Of a stretch of DNA of 64,000 bases, positions 60,102 to 64,000 are shown one piece after another; the first letter of the stretch is position 1; each line of letters opens with the position of its first letter. Origin of the DNA: Flavobacteriaceae bacterium (GTDB lineage: Bacteria > Bacteroidota > Bacteroidia > Flavobacteriales > Flavobacteriaceae); contig JBMYLP010000004.1 in the NCBI GenBank assembly GCA_049596455.1, forward strand, positions 56,644 through 120,643, read 5' to 3'. A program made the position numbers and the translations under genes. A model generated the notes under the pieces. The model was given only the letters and a program-made list of their open reading frames with translations. It did not search any database and had not been told where the DNA came from.

Positions 60102-60770
60102 ATGATATCCATGAAATTTGAAAAAACCCCTATCAATACATTAAAACGAGGCGCAAAAAAAGCTTCGTATGACAAAGAGGTAGTGTATGGCATTTTGGAC
60201 GCTACCGAAATCTGTCATATTGCATTTACACACAACGGAAAAGCCTTTGTTCAGCCCATAAATTTTGGGCGTTTTGAGAACAAAATCTACCTGCACGGCG
60301 CATATTCAAACCGCATGACAACTGCACTTATTGCAGTAAAAGAAGTGTGCTTAAATGTTACGATTTTAGATGCAATGAAGCTGACGCGTTCTGCGTTTCA
60401 TCATTCGGTAAATTACCGTTCTGTAGTAGTTTTTGGTCGAGTAAAAGAACTTATTTCAGATGAGGACAAACTGCATGGATTGAAATGTATTATCAATCAT
60501 TTTGTGCCCAACAGATGGGAGCATTGCAGACTGCCAAATCAAGGTGAACTAAAAGCAACGCGTGTGTTGGAAATTAGTATAGAAACGGCTTCTGCTAAAA
60601 TTGCCGATACGCCGCCCACGGATAACAAGGCCGATTTGGAATTGGACTATTGGGCTGGAATCATTCCCGTAAAAACCATTTGTGAATACCCCAAGCCTGA
60701 TATGTTTATGAAAAAAGATGTTAAAATTCCCAAACATATTCTGGATTTTTATGCCAACAAAAAGGGATAA
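60102..60770 (+). CDS. pyridoxamine 5'-phosphate oxidase-like (split-barrel flavin-binding) family protein
   Basis: 222 aa with a PNPOx-like pattern (CHIAF...PINFGR...IYLHGA). The start could alternatively be the ATG at 60111. Confidence 0.65.
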   Translation: MISMKFEKTPINTLKRGAKKASYDKEVVYGILDATEICHIAFTHNGKAFVQPINFGRFENKIYLHGAYSNRMTTALIAVKEVCLNVTILDAMKLTRSAFHHSVNYRSVVVFGRVKELISDEDKLHGLKCIINHFVPNRWEHCRLPNQGELKATRVLEISIETASAKIADTPPTDNKADLELDYWAGIIPVKTICEYPKPDMFMKKDVKIPKHILDFYANKKG

Positions 60771-60815
60771 ACTATTATTCTCTAAAATTCCCTAATTTTA
60801 TAAAAACCTTACACC

Positions 60816-61148
60816 ATGCTATTTTTCTGGCGCACCCTGCTTTCGTTTTGGCGTGATCCTGCCTATCGCGCATTGCTTTTTGCAACCAACTTTTTTTTGG
60901 CAATCGGCACAGTTGCCTACCGCCTTATTGAGGGTTGGTCGTGGTTAGATTCGCTTTATTTTTCCGTCATTACCCTTACCACCATTGGTTATGGCGATTT
61001 TTCACCCCAAACCGATTTGGGCAAACTTTTCACCATGGAGTATATCATTGTGGGCGTGGCGTTGATTTTGGGGTTTGTAAATACCTTGTTTTTACATTAT
61101 AAAGAGGAAACCATCAAAAAGCGAAACAATAAAAAGCAATCTGAATAA
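60816..61148 (+). CDS. minimal two-TM potassium channel (Ion_trans_2)
   Basis: 110 aa with two TM helices flanking a pore helix and the selectivity filter TTIGYGD. Confidence 0.8.
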   Translation: MLFFWRTLLSFWRDPAYRALLFATNFFLAIGTVAYRLIEGWSWLDSLYFSVITLTTIGYGDFSPQTDLGKLFTMEYIIVGVALILGFVNTLFLHYKEETIKKRNNKKQSE

Positions 61149-61753
61149 TGTCCTTGCTTTTTGATGTTTTTGAGCCCAAACTGCCCGACGCATCAATACG
61201 GTATTATCCAAATTTTTTATCAAAAGATATTGCAGATGCCTATTTTTTAGAGTTGCAGGATACTGTCCCATGGCAAAACGATCCGATTACCCTTTTTGGT
61301 AAAACCTACCCACAACCACGCATGACTTCTTTGCATGGACACACCACTGCCCCTTACGGCTACTCAGGAATTGTGATGCAACCAAAACCGATGACCCAAT
61401 CGCTGTTAGAAATCGAAGCAAAAATTAAATCCTATTGCGCTGAAAATTTTACCACCGTTCTGCTCAATTTATACCGAACAGGAAAAGACAGCAACGGTTG
61501 GCACGCCGACGATGAGCCAGAATTAGGCACAAATCCTGTGATTGCATCGGTGAGTTTAGGCGCAGAACGCTACTTTCATCTTAAGCACAAACACGATAAA
61601 ACCCAACGCTTAAAATTTGCTCTCGCCCATGGGAGTTTACTGCTTATGGAAGGGACTACACAACACTTTTGGAAGCATCAAATTGCCAAAACTGCCAGGG
61701 CAGTTGACCCACGCATTAACCTAACATTCAGAAAAGTGCTTACAGCGCATTGA
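61148..61753 (+). CDS. alkB: Fe(II)/2-oxoglutarate-dependent dioxygenase AlkB
   Basis: Contains YRTGKDSNGWHADDE (HxD) and INLTFR. Its ATG overlaps the channel gene stop (TAATG). Confidence 0.85.
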   Translation: MSLLFDVFEPKLPDASIRYYPNFLSKDIADAYFLELQDTVPWQNDPITLFGKTYPQPRMTSLHGHTTAPYGYSGIVMQPKPMTQSLLEIEAKIKSYCAENFTTVLLNLYRTGKDSNGWHADDEPELGTNPVIASVSLGAERYFHLKHKHDKTQRLKFALAHGSLLLMEGTTQHFWKHQIAKTARAVDPRINLTFRKVLTAH

Positions 61754-62006
61754 GCTTTTCAATCAACGCATTGCCTTTTTCGGCAAGCTCATCTTGAATC
61801 GCGCGAAAGTGCGCCTTTTTGTTCTCAGTGTCTTTTTGGTAAATTTTTGCACTGAAGGTGTCATAGGCGCTTATAGCTTCGTCAACAATAGCCGCCGAGG
61901 GTTTTTTATCGGCGTCGGGATTGGCTTTTTCCCAATCCAACGTCATTTCAATAATTTCTCCCAACACATGGTTGATGTCTTTTTTTAAATCGCGAATCGT
62001 TGCCAT
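61740..62006 (-). CDS. hypothetical small protein (88 aa)
   Basis: ORF from the ATG at 62006 (MATIRDLKKDINHVL...). Predicted to be helical and charged. I recognise no family. Confidence 0.45.
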   Translation of the reverse strand: MATIRDLKKDINHVLGEIIEMTLDWEKANPDADKKPSAAIVDEAISAYDTFSAKIYQKDTENKKAHFRAIQDELAEKGNALIEKLNAL

Positions 62007-62013
62007 AGGATTT

Positions 62014-62430
62014 TTAGTTAGGTCCCGAAAACTGCACATAGTTTCTGGGGGTTTCATACAAAGTTATGGATAAATCGTTTTTCTTGTCAATATGTGGTCT
62101 TAACTTCTCCCAAATTACCACCGAAATATTTTCTGCAGTAGGAATAAGCGATGCAAATTCAGGCACTTGCTCGTTTAGGTTTTTATGGTCAAATGCATCT
62201 TCTATGTGGGTTTTAATCAAGTCTTTTAGCACTTTCATATCCATCACATAACCTGTTTCTGGGTCAATTTCTCCTGTAACTGACACGATGAGTTCGTAGT
62301 TGTGCCCGTGAAAATACGGGTTGCTGCATTTGTCAAAAACAGCTTCGTTTTGGGCATCGCTCCAGTCTTTTCTGTATAGCCGATGCGCTGCGTTAAAGTG
62401 CGCCTTACGGCTCACGGTTACTTTGTTCAT
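62014..62430 (-). CDS. queD: 6-carboxytetrahydropterin synthase / 6-pyruvoyl-tetrahydropterin synthase family
   Basis: Contains FNAAHRL and CSNPYFHGHNYEL. Confidence 0.85.
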   Translation of the reverse strand: MNKVTVSRKAHFNAAHRLYRKDWSDAQNEAVFDKCSNPYFHGHNYELIVSVTGEIDPETGYVMDMKVLKDLIKTHIEDAFDHKNLNEQVPEFASLIPTAENISVVIWEKLRPHIDKKNDLSITLYETPRNYVQFSGPN

Positions 62431-62945
62431 AGCAATTTTATTTTTTCATAGAATTGCTCAAAGATAATGATAAACCACGCGGTATACTTTTCAGGGTGTA
62501 TGTTAATATCGTTACGAACGGCATCAACAGACATCCATTTCCAATCGGCTACTTCTTCAGGGTTGATGTTGGGTTCGTCGTTATATTGCCCAATCATGAT
62601 GTGGTCTAACTCGTGTTCAGTAAGTCCGTTGTCAAATGGGGCTTTGTAAATAAAAGAGGTTACTTCACGTAGTTCAGCAACAAATCCCATTTCCTCTCGC
62701 AATCTGCGCTGACCAGCAGCGATATTACTTTCGCCGTTGCGCTGATGACTGCAGCAGGTATTGGTCCACAAACCCGGCGAATGGTATTTGTGCAGCGCAC
62801 GTTGTTGCAACATAAGTTCACCTTTGTTGTTAAGGATAAAAACCGAGAATGCGCGATGCAATACCCCCTTTTCATGAGCCTCCATTTTGGGCATCAGCCC
62901 TATAGGATTGTCCTGCTTGTCAACTAGAATAACCTGCTCTTCCAT
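62427..62945 (-). CDS. idi: isopentenyl-diphosphate delta-isomerase, type 1 (Nudix fold)
   Basis: Contains [16 protein letters not shown] and EHE motifs. Confidence 0.88.
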   Translation of the reverse strand: MEEQVILVDKQDNPIGLMPKMEAHEKGVLHRAFSVFILNNKGELMLQQRALHKYHSPGLWTNTCCSHQRNGESNIAAGQRRLREEMGFVAELREVTSFIYKAPFDNGLTEHELDHIMIGQYNDEPNINPEEVADWKWMSVDAVRNDINIHPEKYTAWFIIIFEQFYEKIKLL

Positions 62946-63002
62946 ATTGGATCTAAAAATACAAAAAATGGCGTGGTACGGCGTCTTTTTACGAAATCAG
63001 CG

Positions 63003-63010
63003 TATTTTTG
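63003..63010 (+). promoter_or_regulatory. -7 box TATTTTTG, 5 nt upstream of the prfC ATG
   Basis: Exact TAnnTTTG match. Confidence 0.45.
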
Positions 63011-63015
63011 CGCAC

Positions 63016-64000
63016 ATGAGTTTTCTCGAAGAAATTTCCCGGCGCCGCACCTTTGGCATTATCTCGCACCCCGATGCTGGTAAAACAACGCTAACCGAAA
63101 AACTATTGCTCTTTGGTGGTGCTATTCAAGAGGCAGGTGCCGTAAAGTCAAACAAAATTAAAAAGTCAGCAACAAGTGACTTTATGGAAATTGAGCGTCA
63201 GCGTGGAATTTCGGTAGCTACGTCTGTGCTTGCATTTTTATATAAAAACAAAAAAATCAATATCCTAGATACGCCCGGCCACAAAGATTTTGCCGAAGAC
63301 ACCTACCGCACACTTACTGCCGTAGATAGTGTAATTGTAGTTATTGATGTTGCCAAAGGCGTAGAGGAACAAACCGAAAAATTGGTATCGGTGTGCCGTA
63401 TGCGAAACATTCCTATTATTGTGTTTATCAACAAATTAGATCGTGAAGGGAAAGATGCTTTTGACCTGTTAGACGAGGTAGAACAAAAATTAGGGCTTAC
63501 CACCGTGCCCATGAGTTTTCCCATAGGCATGGGCTACGATTTTCAGGGTATTTACAATTTATGGAATAACAACATTCGTCTTTTTGATAGTGAAAGTAAA
63601 ACCACCATCAGCGATAGCAGTATCATTGACAACTTAGAGGATAATGCTCTTGAAAATGCCATAGGTAGTACTGCAAAAGCCACACTTGAAGAGGAATTGG
63701 AATTGGTGCGTGAAGTATATCCTAGCTTTGAAAGAGATGCTTATTTGAACGGGCAGCAACATCCCGTATTTTTTGGTTCTGCGTTAAACAATTTTGGGGT
63801 GCAAGAATTGTTAGATTGCTTTGTGGACATTGCACCACCACCCCAACCCAAAAACAGTGAGGAACGCACCATAGCACCCAACGAAGAAGCTTTTTCGGGT
63901 TTTGTGTTTAAAATCCATGCCAATATGGATCCCAAACACCGAGACCGATTGGCGTTTGTGAAAATTGTTTCGGGAACCTTTGCTCGAAATGTGCCTTACC
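63016..64000 (+). CDS. prfC: peptide chain release factor 3; 3' end cut by window edge
   Basis: Absent from the ORF track because it runs off the window. My translation gives [41 protein letters not shown]..., with the DTPGHKDF and NKLDR GTPase motifs. Confidence 0.92.
   Translation, partial: MSFLEEISRRRTFGIISHPDAGKTTLTEKLLLFGGAIQEAGAVKSNKIKKSATSDFMEIERQRGISVATSVLAFLYKNKKINILDTPGHKDFAEDTYRTLTAVDSVIVVIDVAKGVEEQTEKLVSVCRMRNIPIIVFINKLDREGKDAFDLLDEVEQKLGLTTVPMSFPIGMGYDFQGIYNLWNNNIRLFDSESKTTISDSSIIDNLEDNALENAIGSTAKATLEEELELVREVYPSFERDAYLNGQQHPVFFGSALNNFGVQELLDCFVDIAPPPQPKNSEERTIAPNEEAFSGFVFKIHANMDPKHRDRLAFVKIVSGTFARNVPY

Overview
The window looks like a syntenic core-chromosome segment of a Flavobacteriia (Bacteroidota) genome. 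Supporting signs are Bacteroidetes-type TAnnTTTG promoter boxes, the rpmB-rpmG-DUF4295-ftsY arrangement, bshC, and pyrG-yidC. I call 61 protein-coding genes, almost all housekeeping. They cover purine, CTP and GMP synthesis, lysine and DAP synthesis, translation factors and ribosomal proteins, tRNA modification, chaperones, DNA repair, and a five-gene glycosyltransferase cluster. Two of these genes are cut by the window edges and one 50-aa gene falls below the ORF-track cutoff. I see no rRNA, tRNA, CRISPR array, transposase, integrase, phage gene or recognisable defence or toxin-antitoxin module. I therefore cannot point to an obvious new multi-gene system. The observations most worth a second look are non-standard ones. 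(1) An 84-bp palindromic repeat element sits in frame inside mnmA. It shares its arm grammar with a 21-bp tandem array downstream of htpG, a situation resembling Rickettsia palindromic elements. (2) fabH has an unusually long leader of about 180 nt with its own strong promoter and an intrinsic terminator, so it is a candidate riboregulator or sRNA. (3) Paired GACA-N3-TGTC palindromes plus a hairpin next to the start codon lie upstream of the small heat-shock gene. (4) A LytTR response regulator is split by a single in-frame TAA in the interdomain linker. (5) Exact TAnnTTTG boxes recur only 3-7 nt from start codons, which implies many leaderless mRNAs. (6) A conserved hypothetical protein carries protein-kinase-like catalytic motifs. 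All calls come from reading the sequence and ORF translations by eye. No searches were run.
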